DNA from: Stylophora pistillata
Lineage: Eukaryota
Direction of reading: 5' to 3'
DNA: 64,000 nt
Assembly (NCBI RefSeq): GCF_002571385.2
Contig: NW_019217817.1
Span: forward strand, 629,572 to 693,571
The notes beneath the pieces were generated by a model. It was not told where the DNA came from and did not search any database. It worked only from the letters and a program-made list of their open reading frames with translations. Positions 25,007 to 37,300 of the stretch are shown in pieces. The stretch's first letter is position 1; each line of letters opens with the position of its first letter. Made by a program: the position numbers and the translations under genes.

Positions 25007-26471
25007 AGGCCCATTTCCATCCGAGATCCTTTGCAGTCGTTTGCTTTTGTTTTGGAATCGCGCTATTGTTAAATGGCGAACTCTGATAGTCATTCACAAA
25101 CACTATTAAAAAGAAAAACAATGATTTGGTGAAGAACACAGTAAACAAATTTTCAGCTAAATATTTGAGACTGAAAAATCATAAATCGAGTCTGTGTATA
25201 AATCTTGTACAAAGCTTACTTGATGTTGAAGGAAATTGTTCGGCTTCAGCACTAAATAAAATATAAACAAATAACCAATATTGGCCAAAACTGATTTACT
25301 TTACGCATTTCAATTATAGAATAATCACTTCTACAAATGAGATCGCTTACATACATATCTCAGGATCTCAAGTAAAAATCAGTCAAATAATTATTCTCAC
25401 CTCGAAAAAATCTCCCCGGAGTCTCTAGTTCCATCGTAGGAACAATGCAATAACATTTCTGCAAAAGCACTGTCTGTAGTGTTACCGAAACCCATGGTTG
25501 TTTTCCTTGCCCTCCATAAATCATACACAGACTCTCGAAGTCGAATAACCTTTGCCGAGCCGGGCAGACTCGGCCTTCCTCTAGACCGCTTCTTTGGCGG
25601 CATCAACTTTTCAANCAATCAGATCTTGGGAATTTAAAGGCCCATTTCCATCCGAGATCCTTTGCAGTCGTTTGCTTTTGTTTTGGAATCGCGCTATTGT
25701 TAAATGGCGAACTCTGATAGTCATTCACAAACACTATTAAAAAGAAAAACAAAGATTTGGTGAAGAACACAGTAAACAAATTTGCAGCTAAATATTTGAG
25801 ACTGAAAAATCATAAATCGAGTCTGTGTATAAAACTTGTACAAAGCTTACTTGATGTTGAAGGAAATTGTTCGGCTTCAACACTAAATAAAATATAAACA
25901 AATAACCAATATTGGCCAAAACTGATTTACTTTACGCATTTCAATTATAGAATAATGACTTGTACAAATGAGATCGCTTACATACATATCTCAGGATCTC
26001 AAGTAAAAATCAGTCAAATAATTATTCTCACCTCGAAAAAATCTCCCCGGAGTCTCTAGTTCCATCGTAGGAACAATGCAATAACATTTCTGCAAAAGCA
26101 CTGTCTGTAGTGTTACCGAAACCCATGGTTGTTTTCCTTGCCCTCCATAAATCATACACAGACTCTCGAAGTCGAATAACCATTGCCGAACCGGGCAGAC
26201 TCGGCCTTCCTCTAGACCGCTTCTTCGGCGGCATCAACTTTTCAAATGACGTTTTTCACCGTCATACATGTAAGAATTAAAAACTATTTACTGATATGGA
26301 TACTACGATAGTTTGTTGTTCGCACATGATTCAAGATGGAACTTTGAAAACCCTAATTAGTAAGATGGAAGAAGATATCAAAGCGATTCCGCAACTACGA
26401 GGAAAATAGCGTATTTTTCATATATGAAAAATGATCCGTGCGCGCAAGGCATCTCGGTTGGAAATGGGCCT
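25007..26471 (-). mobile_element. Non-autonomous Kolobok-like DNA transposon (AGG...CCT termini, TTAA TSD); left ~630 bp assembled twice
   Basis: TIRs aggcccatttccatccgagatc / gcatctcggttggaaatgggcct, with TTAA at 25003-25006 and 26472-26475. It is inserted at the end of a ttaaagggtta MITE. 24986-25615 is repeated at 25617-26245 across a single N. Confidence 0.75.
26032..26234 (-). pseudogene. First exon of a transposon-encoded AT-hook DNA-binding protein (second copy at 25401-25603)
   Basis: MPPKKRSRGRPSLPGSA.VIRLRESVYDLWRARKTTMGFGNTTDSAFAEMLLH ends at an AG|gtgag donor. It lies inside the Kolobok-like TIRs. Confidence 0.55.
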
Positions 26472-27447
26472 TTAAGGGTAAATCCAAAAAGGTGAAGGAA
26501 ACAGGGAGGGGGCGAGGCTATTTATTCTACATCACTCTATCAGGACACTTCTGAGGAGTTGCATTTGATAGCTTAATCTTCCCAGACAGATATAAAAAAA
26601 CAGTTCTAAAAATTACAAAAGATGCACAATCTGAAGAAACTCCAATTTTATTACTATGCAGTACATGAATGCACTTAGTCAAATCTAAAGAAGCATTCAA
26701 ATGAGATTTGAAAAATCAACACAGATTTTCATGTCTTTGTATAGTTTCACTGATTTCTTAATGATGTAATGCAATGATTAAATGTCATTCTAAAAACATT
26801 TTAAATGCATTAACTTACAGTATCATTATGGATTATAAATATATTAGACTTTTTACTGAAATAAAAATGTGGTTTGAACAAACTTCAGCTCTTTTTCTAA
26901 TTTATTTTTTGAACTAACAATTCCTTCTTAAAAAACTCAAAAAGAAATACTACATGGGTGAGACAACTGAGGCCAGTCAAAAAGTGCCAGTTGATTCCAG
27001 AGTTCCATTAGGATTTTACACACATTAAAGTTATCTTTTGTAATTTCAGTGCTTGTTCAAAAAATGTTAAAGTCAACTTCTGCTTAATAGCACTGTGATC
27101 ATAACAACACCTGCTTCCCACTGATCTACACCTTGACCAAAATCTGTTGTTACCCACAAAAGTAGATTTCATCTATACATTTAACTATTAGAGTCTGACA
27201 ATCCCTAAGATTGCTTTGTCTCTTCCATCTATATTGCTTGCAATAAAATTGCCTGACACAATTTAAGAGTACAATATTTTTTCCAAAGAGACACTGCAAT
27301 GCTCCTGTCAGATTGTCGTAATCCTAAAGTAACCTTTAAAAACACAAATATAGAAAATAAAAAGCAAAGCTGGAACTTATGAAATCAAAAACAAGTTTTA
27401 ACAACTTGTCCAGATTGTTATAACCTGAAGTGCTTTGATGTCATTGT

Positions 27448-30400
27448 TCATGGCTTTTCTCCAGAGGCAAGGCGTCGGTTGATATCTTCAATAACTGGGG
27501 GCAGATCATTGATGGAATCAATTACATAATGAGCCCCAGCATTGGCCAGGATATCATAAGATCGCTTGAGTTTCCTCTCAAGGTCACCTTCACTCAGGTT
27601 GGCAATCTCTTCTTCATTCAAGGCGACATAATTTCCCTTGGAAGGAAGAACAATAGTCATTAGAATGACCACCAGAAAAAGTATATAGTCCTCCAAAGTC
27701 TTAGATTGATGCAGTGATGAGAAAATAATTTTTCCCATTAAATCTGCAGCATGATATGCAAGTTTAGGGGAACTGCATCATGTAAATTTGTACCAAGTTG
27801 CAACACTCTTACTGTAACATAGTTGTCAATGCAAAACAATACTCATGTTTCATGTTTTCTCAAAAAAAAACAAAAAAAAAGAAAACATTGCCTCTTTCCA
27901 TACTGTAGAGCCTTGAAGTTTCATGTATTATCTCTAAAGACCAATACCAGCCATACTGCTTACTTCACAGAGTATAAATAATGTGGTCATTTATTTGTTA
28001 CACTATGTAATTCTGCACTGAGTGTTTTACCAGGTGGCCACAATTCTATTTCTGCTAACTATTCTATGATTTTGGGTCACCAAATTTGATCTTTTTGTCA
28101 ATTGGTCTGGGCTCGGTTGTTCAAAGCTGAGTTAAGTTAACCCAGGGTTAGCATGAAATTTTATTTTTAGATCTGAGAGCTTTGGGAGAAAGTTCGGTTT
28201 AATTATTTTGTGTCTACAATTTGATGATCGGATGCTCTTAAAAAGAACAGGGAAAATTATCTCATAAAGGTTCTTGAATAGAGAAATAAGGAAACCTGAA
28301 TGAAAATTTAACCCAGGATTAGTGCTAATTGGCCTTCGAACAACTGGACCCTGATCTTCTAAGTAGGGGAACACTTGGCAAACAAATGATGCAAACATAC
28401 CAAATTGAACTATAGTTCTTTAGGTAAGGTTGTTTAAATAAGAGTAACTTTTTCAGGAAGCTTATTTAAGATTCTGGGAGAAAGAAACTGGCTATTTTGA
28501 GATACTTTTGTTTATATTTGTATTGTGTACGAAACTTACTGTTTTGGCAAGTCCTACACTCCAGCAGCCTGCAGAAGTACCTTCCCTGACTCCATCAGCT
28601 GTGTCATCAACTTTAACAAGGGCCTCAATGGGATTGACATCCAGTCTGATAGCACTTAACCAGACCATGTAAGGATATGGCCGGGCTTGTGGTACCTCAT
28701 CTGCTGCAACATAACAATCAGGAGTATAGCCTTGCTCAGTGGCAGCAACTTTCAGCACATCAATCATAGATTTAGTGAATCCGGTTGTGGACCCAATCTT
28801 CAGGTTCATGTTGCTGCGCAGGTAATTAACAGTGTCAACTGCGCCAGTGATCATCTGAGAGTAGTCCAAAATACAGTCAAGTTGTAAAGGAACAAAGTTG
28901 TGAAACATCCTTTCCACATCCTCCTCATTGGGAAAGCGACCCAGCTTTTCAAACCATCTTCTCCTGACAGACTCCATCTCTGTGACTTTACGGATGTGCA
29001 CCCTTTTGTGCATTCCCATGGGCTCCCTTGCCTCTTCCATTGTGATTGGGACTCCCTCTTTTTTGAAGACTTCATTGAACACAACAGCTGGTGAATAGAC
29101 ACCGCAATCCACAACAGTGCCAGACCAGTCTAAGATAACTGCCCTTATCTTTCCTTGGTATTGACGGACCATTCTATACTCAGAGCGAGGATTTTTCAAC
29201 AGAGCACCTGTAGTAGGGTAAAAAATCCTTTATCAAAAACATATATCAGCAGCATCTCTCAGAAAAGAGAAAGAGTAAGTCTGTACTGTGCTCGCATTAT
29301 TCAAGTACTTTGCACAGCAACACTGTTCTCCCAAATTTTCAGTACAACCAAGTATTTTGTGTGCAGATGGCTTTATGAAGTAAATCAGGTTTACATGAAC
29401 TCACAATTTCCTCTAAATAAGTTTTGTACTTTTTGACATACTGTTTCTTCATTTCATTAATTCTTCCATTCCTAGGGGTGACTAGCATCTAATTTTTCAT
29501 CACTATACCACCCCCGAGTCACACATCAAGGTCACAAGAAATAAGGAATTGCCAACTAAAGAAGCTCTTGATTGTTTTAACAAACTCTCCTTGTCAGCAC
29601 CTTAGGGAAAGTATAGATAACAGTATGAAGAATATGCACTCTGATCAAAGGTTGTAAAGGGTTAAAAGATACATCAAACTTTCAACAAAAACAATCAAGC
29701 TACACCAGTATAAAAACATAATTTTTGCACTAATTTTGATTTGAAGGCTCAGAAACTTTCTGAGAGAAAAATTAACAGTAGTGAACTTTCTGCAGTAGTT
29801 AATGGTGCATGAAATCTTCCAGTGCTCTTTGAAAATATTGGGCTACCAACACTGTACTTTAAGGTCACAACAAATTGTGCATTTATGACCTCAGCACTAC
29901 CCCTACGATGATAAACATTTTTTTAACTGAAAACCACAAAGGCTAATATCTGATGAGTACCTTAAACATCGAACACTGAATAAACTGACTGCAGATTTAT
30001 CATCAAACCCCTTTGCTATTAGAAAAAAGTCTTTATAGCAGAAACACTTATGGGGACAATGAGAACTTTTTAGAAACACAATATTACAAGTAATTTCATT
30101 TCAGCTCAAAGATAAATGTGTAAATAAGGTTGTTTCGTGTAGAAGCTCAAGTGTTTCATGCACGGAAAGAGATGAAGGTCTCTAAAACAGCAGGCATTGT
30201 TCTGTTGTAAAAACCTTTCCCATTAAAGAAAGGTAATTCACTGTGTGGCTGCAGTGTATACTTAAAGAAAACAAATAATCCCTTGAAACCCTGCATGTCA
30301 TTTTGTATTCTTTCTAAGCAACTCTGTTCCATTAAAACAACAATTTCTATTTAAGATTTTTCTTCAGTTTTAAAGTCATAAAGGTCAGCTATATTGTTTG

Positions 30401-31556
30401 TTACATTTCTTGTAACAATTTGACTCATTTTTGCACTGAGTTACCTCTCTGCTGGGAAATATTTCCTTATACTCCCATTCTATTCTAAAACAAAGCCATA
30501 TAGGCACAAAGGAACTCTATTGTTTTTCAAAAAAATTTTTTTCCTAAGAACTGTGTGCATTATGAGGTATGGGGCTGGGCGAAAAAAATGCCCTCTTCTG
30601 CATTGCATTAACTGAAAACCACATATTTTCCAGCCAATTAGTGTAGGTAATCACATGGGGCTGAGTAAAACTGGGGATTAATATCAAGTGTGTTTTCAAG
30701 AGTTGCAGAAATAAGCCAAGTCACACAGTGACGAGGAAAATTTCTGAAACTTCTGAAAACGCAGGTGACATTATTACAAGGAATGAAAACTGTGTTCATA
30801 CAAGATAAGACAAACTTATAAAACTACACACTGTTCTATTTCTGAATGAATAGGATCACTGCCCTCATGAACTTCCCAATCTTGCCCACACTGTTTCCGA
30901 TCAGGAAATACGTAACACCAAGAAAAAACACACAGCAAGTTAGCATTCAATACCGGTCTGACAAGTTTAGCCTGAAAATGGACACTGTTCTTGTTTCTAG
31001 ACCAATCTACCTGTTCTTTTCTGTGCGTAGAATAAACGTTAAAAGCGTCGGTTAAAAAAAAAATCAAGTAACAGCTACAAAAATAGTTTTTTAGGTAACA
31101 TTGCAATTGATGATTGTGTTTGCTTTCAATAAGAGATATAGTGTGCATGTTAAAAGGACATGGTAAAAGATACATTTAAGATGACGATGAGTTTGACAGG
31201 GCCAAATCGCGACCCTTCCGCCATTACTTTACCCATCACAGTGAATAACTTGGTTTTACCAACTGATAATGAAAACTGGCCATCCTAGAGTTTCTGAAGC
31301 CAACGCTTTGAGCGTTGTCCTTTGTCAGAGCAAAGAAAACTATCACAGATAAAATCGATCGTATTCACCCTAAACCAAAGAATGAATTGCATGTATAGAC
31401 GAACTGAAAGTTTTCCTTACCGTTGACAAGTTTCAAATCATGATCACCAGTGTTCACAGTGGCCGAAGGTGCTTGGGCTTTTGCTTGATGAGCACTTCGA
31501 ACCAAGATATTGGTCAAACTTACGAGAGGACGAAGAGCCCGAGTCGAAGACTGCAT
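27448..31556 (-). CDS. phnX: Phosphonoacetaldehyde hydrolase (phosphonatase, HAD superfamily), 330 aa, 3 exons, N-terminal mitochondrial-type presequence
   Basis: Exons 31556-31421, 29207-28540 and 27636-27448 have GT-AG introns with compatible phases (1, 0) and total 993 nt. Motifs: HAD motif I DWSGT, cap-domain Schiff-base lysine loop [25 protein letters not shown], motif IV VKVDDT, and C-terminal [10 protein letters not shown]. Confidence 0.93.
28108..28353. mobile_element. MITE in phnX intron 2
   Basis: Terminal inverted repeats ctgggctcggttgttcaaag / cttcgaacaactggaccctg with internal taacccagg motifs. Confidence 0.6.
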
Positions 31557-33211
31557 TCTTAGTCGAGGTGTAGATCAGTTGATATGGAAGCGTGAGGAAA
31601 ATTGGGACAACGTACTTCGACCGCCGCGATGTATGCGTGCGAAAAAAAAGTTATAGCTCCCGGTACATTAGAGTGAGCACCGGACGTCAACAAAGGCCTG
31701 TTTACCGCTTCACTGTCATGTGATGTCCGCGTGTTGTGGATTTATGGCGTTATGATGTCACGCTTGTTTAATTAAAAACAACTACCTGCCTGGGCGGGGA
31801 ACTTCAACAAAACAATATAAATAATAATTAGCTTTCCAAATATTGTTAGAGGTACGCTTGTTCCTACCGCAAATGGATTTTCAGATCATTATTTATCCTG
31901 GGGTCGAAAGTAAATTTCAGTTCAGTATTTGTTTTTCAAGAATTCCAGGTTGGCATGGCCTAGCTTGACTGCTAACCATTTCATATTGTCTTGATAAAAC
32001 AATAATGTCTCTGGTTACTCAGGCGGTTTGCATCAGCTGAAAAATTAAACACTTTTGTTTTATTCATGCAAGGATACCGCCTTAAGCGCCCTGATATCCT
32101 GGAGAATATTTCACGCCAATGATGTAAAAGCTGGAAAAATGCTCCGGAATAACTGTGATCGAGGCCAAGGTCGAAAGGCTTTTCGAATTTCCGGTGGATA
32201 AAGTTGCGTGAAAGCCCACACACGTATAGAAATCAATGGACGAATAGTAGAAGCTATTGAATAAAACAACAGCAAAATATTTAGCCTTCTTTCTCCTCTG
32301 TTGTCAAATTTTCTGACAATTGTCGCGTTACGCCAGAGAATTGTCGATTCATCTTTGCTTCACGTGGTAAGCGATGTTAGTGGTGTTCCGTTACGTAACC
32401 AATAGCCTCAGGCCAGAACCTTTGCGAGGTTGGTGAAGTCAATGAAGACCATTCTGAAGATGTAGTTTTCGGATAAATTTGGGGAGAACCCCTGTGATGC
32501 GAGAAATATAGTACAGTTCTTCGCTCATAATTACGACGGAGCTTGCGTGACATGTAACGCATTCGCGGCGTGATGTGCAGCATCCAGCTAATTGGAGTTT
32601 GAACTCTAATCCACATGTGATCTAGTCGCGTGACCACTTTCTTGGCGACAAGCCGAGAATATGCATTTTTAGGAAGGGAGGGAGTGTCTTGAAAATTGAA
32701 ATATCAACGACGAAAGCTTCCTAAAGTTGAATGTCAATGTGATACACATCTTGTGGAGTGAAATCGATTGGATGTACAACGATTTCTATGCTCCATAGAG
32801 TACTTAAGTTCAAAATAATTTTCTGCTGGAAGCGGAAGATTGCCACCCGCACCCGGTTTGATCGAATGAGCTGCCTCGTTACTCCCTGTATCTCCAGCAG
32901 TGTTTGGGACAAACTGAACTCAAGTTTTTCGCGGATTTTAAAACAAATCGTCGAGATTTCATCTGTTCAAAGCTTCAATCGATCGCAGACTAACGCAGTC
33001 GAGATTATGACAAGACAGCTGTATCTCCACCGACGCGTTCTGTTGTTTACTCGTAAAGAACCAAAACTTGGTGATGAACATTGTATTAAACCAGTCAGCG
33101 CTTGGGAAATAATGAGGCACGTGATATTCATGCGGAGGTCATTTGTTGATCCGAGGAGGGGGAGGGACAGTAATCCCTTGAGAAGCCATACATGAAATGA
33201 TGAATGGCTCA

Positions 33212-33488
33212 GGGCCGATCATTTAACTCTTGAGGGGGGTGGGGGTGGGTGATTTGAAAAAAAAATTCCTGCAAGAGCTTGTTGGAAGAAAAAAATTGCA
33301 TGCAGCCCAAATTTAACAGAAAAAAAATTCTTGCGTTGCTGTAAGAAAGGAAAAAATGTTAAAAAAAAAAAAATATCCTGCAGAGCATTTAGAACGGAAA
33401 AAATATCCCAGAGGATTGCAAGAAAAAAAATTTCTTGATGACCAGAAATCACTTACCCCCCCCCCTCAAAGGTTAAATGGTCGGTCCC
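33212..33488. mobile_element. PIF/Harbinger-type MITE (GGG...CCC termini)
   Basis: TIRs gggccgatcatttaactcttgagggggg / ccccccctcaaaggttaaatggtcggtccc, flanked by tca / taa, with A-rich internal repeats. Confidence 0.65.
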
Positions 33489-34318
33489 TAAATGAATGTC
33501 CTTGGCCCATATTTACCATTGTTTTCGCTTTAACACGTATTCGTTTGTTGCGGAACCGGCTCAAAGAAAAGGCCGGCTAATCCCGAAGGGACGTAAAAAT
33601 AAGGGACGTAAAAAATTAAAAAGTTGTGTGGGGGAGGGGAGGGGGAGCGAAGTTAACTGCGCATACGTGAATGTAACTAAAATATATCCGAAAATATATT
33701 TTTCAAAGTAACGCCCACTTCGAAATATTTCGAATGTTGACCCACCGTACGTTAACGTATCAGTTATCATATATTTTCGCGAAGAATCCTTCACAGTCAC
33801 TTAACAAAATAAACAATGATGACATCGGTTCCGTTGTCTTGTAGTTCTGACAAATTTTAAGATGAAGACCAAGGGGTGCTCAGTCGAGCGACAGACGCAC
33901 TCTTAAAATGGGATTTCTCTTCGACCGAGAATACATCGCCAGACCTACCAAACGATCAGATAAAGGAGCATTCACTGATTTGAAGTTGAGCAGATAAGTG
34001 AAGAGCATCTGCGAAAGAAACGTTGAAATTTGCTACTAATACTTAAAAAGTACTTTAATTTCTTTTTATTGAGAAAAAACCCTTTTGTATTTATAGCAAC
34101 GATTAATGAATTTTTATTCCAATAACTGGTCACTAACACCACTAATTCTCTTTAGTAATATTTACACCAAATTATACGCGCGACGCCTAAACCCTCACGA
34201 CCTCGCATGAGTATTTCCTTTATTCAAGATCTCTAAAAACTCTCAATTTCTGCGAAAACAAGGAGATTCCCAAGAAGTATAAAACCCGCTGGGACAGAAA
34301 AAAGTGAAAACTTCCTCC

Positions 34319-37300
34319 TCAGACACCTAGTAAGAAAGCTTGTTTTGATGGTGATCTCCGTTCTAAGCCATCTTCGTAAGGCATCGCCACAGGATTGTTT
34401 AAGGTGGCATTGAACGTTCCCCTGAGCGCGGAATGCATCTGTAGTGGACTCAGCTGAGGAATAAAAAGGAAATGAATTAACTCTGCTTCTAGTAACTGCT
34501 TTTTGAGCAAGATAAATAACAAAGCTAGGCCATAATAATACTGACTGAAAATGATGTTCCTATATTTCGTGTTGAAGAATTAAAAAAATTGCCTTTGAAA
34601 AGGACACAACATAGAAATAATGTTCGTATAGGGAAAAACGAAAGAGTTAAAATAAGCCAAAAAGTGGGTTTACTATGCTTAACTTTTGAGGGTGCGCGAA
34701 GGCTTTCGAAAGCGTTCGTTTTGTCATTATTACTATTATCATTATTATTACTTTTAATAATTTTAGACTATTTATCGTTCACAAGTATTTGAGAGATTGA
34801 ATTCCAAAAAAGTTGCTTTTTCTGTTGATAATTTTACTAGTGAACTCTTGTTTTTAGCTATGCAAATTTAAAATGAATGCAATTCATAGGATCATTACGA
34901 AGTAGAAATTGGATTTTAGTAAAGTTTTGATTTGTTACTCAATTTTAAATCAATTTGAAATCATTATTATCATTATTACTTTAAGCTTTTTGTTGTTTGA
35001 CAGTTCCCTACGCGAAAATCAGCCTCTCCACCTGCACACATACCTCATAGCTCCCAGGGCCTGGATTTTCATTTCTTGATGATTTAAATCTTTGTTCTCT
35101 GGTAGTGATCAGACCACCCCGGGCTGAGCCATCTTTTAATTCATATTGGCCTGGCCCTATGAAAACAGATGAGAATTAATATCAATGTGCAGTGGTTTTA
35201 AATCATTCAAAGAAGGAGGAGATGTTTGGAAATATCCATACACAATCCAGCAAACAGACCGAGAACAGTCAAACTTATAGTAGAAGTCGTCATCTTGTTC
35301 TAGCACAGAATTCTCGTAACTAATTTATCAGAAAATGAATAACAACTAAGTTTAAGAAACGATCTTCTGTACATAATCGCATAACTCGTAATAATGAGAA
35401 GATTGACATTCCATTATTCAGATCAGCTACCGGCCAAAGGTCCTTTGCCTATAGAGCAGTATCTCTGTGGAACATGTTAGACGAACACCTGAGAAACGTT
35501 ACATCTGTAAAGGCCTTTTAAGAAAGTCCTGAAACTTGCCATGAACGAATGATCGAGTGACAGTTAGAATTTAGAATTTAACAATAGCTTGTCAGATATA
35601 GTTAGCATTCATATTTGTAAATAGGTACTGAAAAACCTTTTTTTTTTTTGGGAGTATTTATCATTAAAGTTTAAAGTTTAAAGATCTGAAGTGACAGTTT
35701 AACAACTAGAGGGGAGAATTAACAATCAGATCTTGGAAGTTAAAGGGTTATCGAAAGTCTTACAACACTAACCAGGATCTCCTTCTTCCGACATGACTTG
35801 ACGCTGTCCATGGAATCGATTAGACGAGGATAAAAACGCTCCCTTTTTCTTGGAGTTCTTATTCGTTCTCTGAGCGTAATTGTATAGAACCCGACCTGTT
35901 GAAAGAAATACACGTTCTGTTATTTCATGTATAGCTATCTATCATAGGGCTTACAAGATTTCAATGAACACAAATTTCTGACTTTTTTCAAATTATTTCA
36001 GTTACATTACACTACTTAACGTTATGCGGCCATTCATTAACAGTCTCGCCAGTGCTACATTGAAATTAACCACTAAACGAATAAATGAAAGAATCTTGGC
36101 GCACCAATGCGACCCCCTCTTATTTCGGCACTAAGTTTACCGTGTCCAAGTATTACCACAAAAAATAAGTAAAGTGTTATTCTCTAAATGTTTTTTTGTG
36201 ACCACAAAAGTAAAACTTGAAAGGGGGTCATTAACGGAGTCATTCCCTTGGCACATGAATCTCGGTAACTCTGGTGAGGTCACTACACACACCTTGTGTT
36301 GAGTCGTATGAATGTCCGACTTCATAGGACCCTGGCGGTGGGTTATCCTGGGGGAAAAATAACGGATTAAAATACAAGTGATAATCATCTGATTGCGTAA
36401 AATTATCGAAGCACAACATGCACTGACTAGTAGTTACAGCAGCAGCTTTGTGGCAACCAAATACGAAACTATGAAAGTTAGACTCTTAATAACGATGTAA
36501 GTAAGCAAACGTTGAATTCAAGGGAAGAAGGGGTGCAGTCGGTAATCGTGACGTGTCGCCGACGCTCACCGGGGCTTACCGTAAAATGTCGATTATCAGA
36601 TTTTCTCCCTCCCCCTTCCTCCTCCTCACCCGCATATGAGAAACTTGTGCTATGCCCTGGAAACAAGCCACTTCCCTGACAACCACAATTACCGATGTAG
36701 TTCACCCGTTCTTTCTCTCGTCTCCACTCACTATGAAGAGGCTGAGAGGCTACACATTTGGCATATGATCCCCTCAGGGGTATTCCTGTTTCTGAAGCAG
36801 GAGACGAACAGGAATAACGCCCCCTCCCAACCCCCCCAGATACGAAGCCTCCCGCGACACGAGGAGACTCTAACACAGATATCTGTATAACGCTTCAAGG
36901 GCACTTACTTCAAAGAAAAGTTTAAGTGGTTTAATGTGTTTCATGTGTGATCTACAAAAATACTCGACAAATTAAGGAGCCAGAAACACTTACCAACACC
37001 ACCCCTGGGGGGGTGTGGAGTCTACCAGTGGCAGATACAAAGGTGGATGAGAGTGGTTCTTCTTTACTTTTAGCTTTGTCTTTAGTTAGGTAATGGGCGG
37101 GACCTTGGAAATAGATAGAACAAACGTTGTAGAGAAGAAGAGGCGAGAAAAAATCGAGTTGTATTCGCAAAACGAAACCTCTGCTGTCTCTTTCAAACTT
37201 TCAGATCGTGTCAGATACATTTTTACCCCAAGCTGTTTTTACCTGTGTAAAATTCACCAGAATATTTACAGACATAGTAAAGCAAAACATCTTTGTTTTG

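Noticed and set aside
30816-31175. 119-aa ORF inside phnX intron 1 as an extra exon
   Set aside because: Exon 1 splices in frame directly to 29207. The candidate acceptor at ~31021 gives an immediate stop, and the peptide has no recognisable homology.
6650-31556. DHCR7 plus phnX as a functional lipid/phosphonolipid gene cluster
   Set aside because: They are ~19 kb apart, separated by repeats, act in different compartments and pathways, and no other pathway genes are in the window.
32377-33195. Moderately GC-rich ORFs (86 aa and 145 aa) between phnX and STPG2
   Set aside because: No recognisable domain or consistent exon structure.
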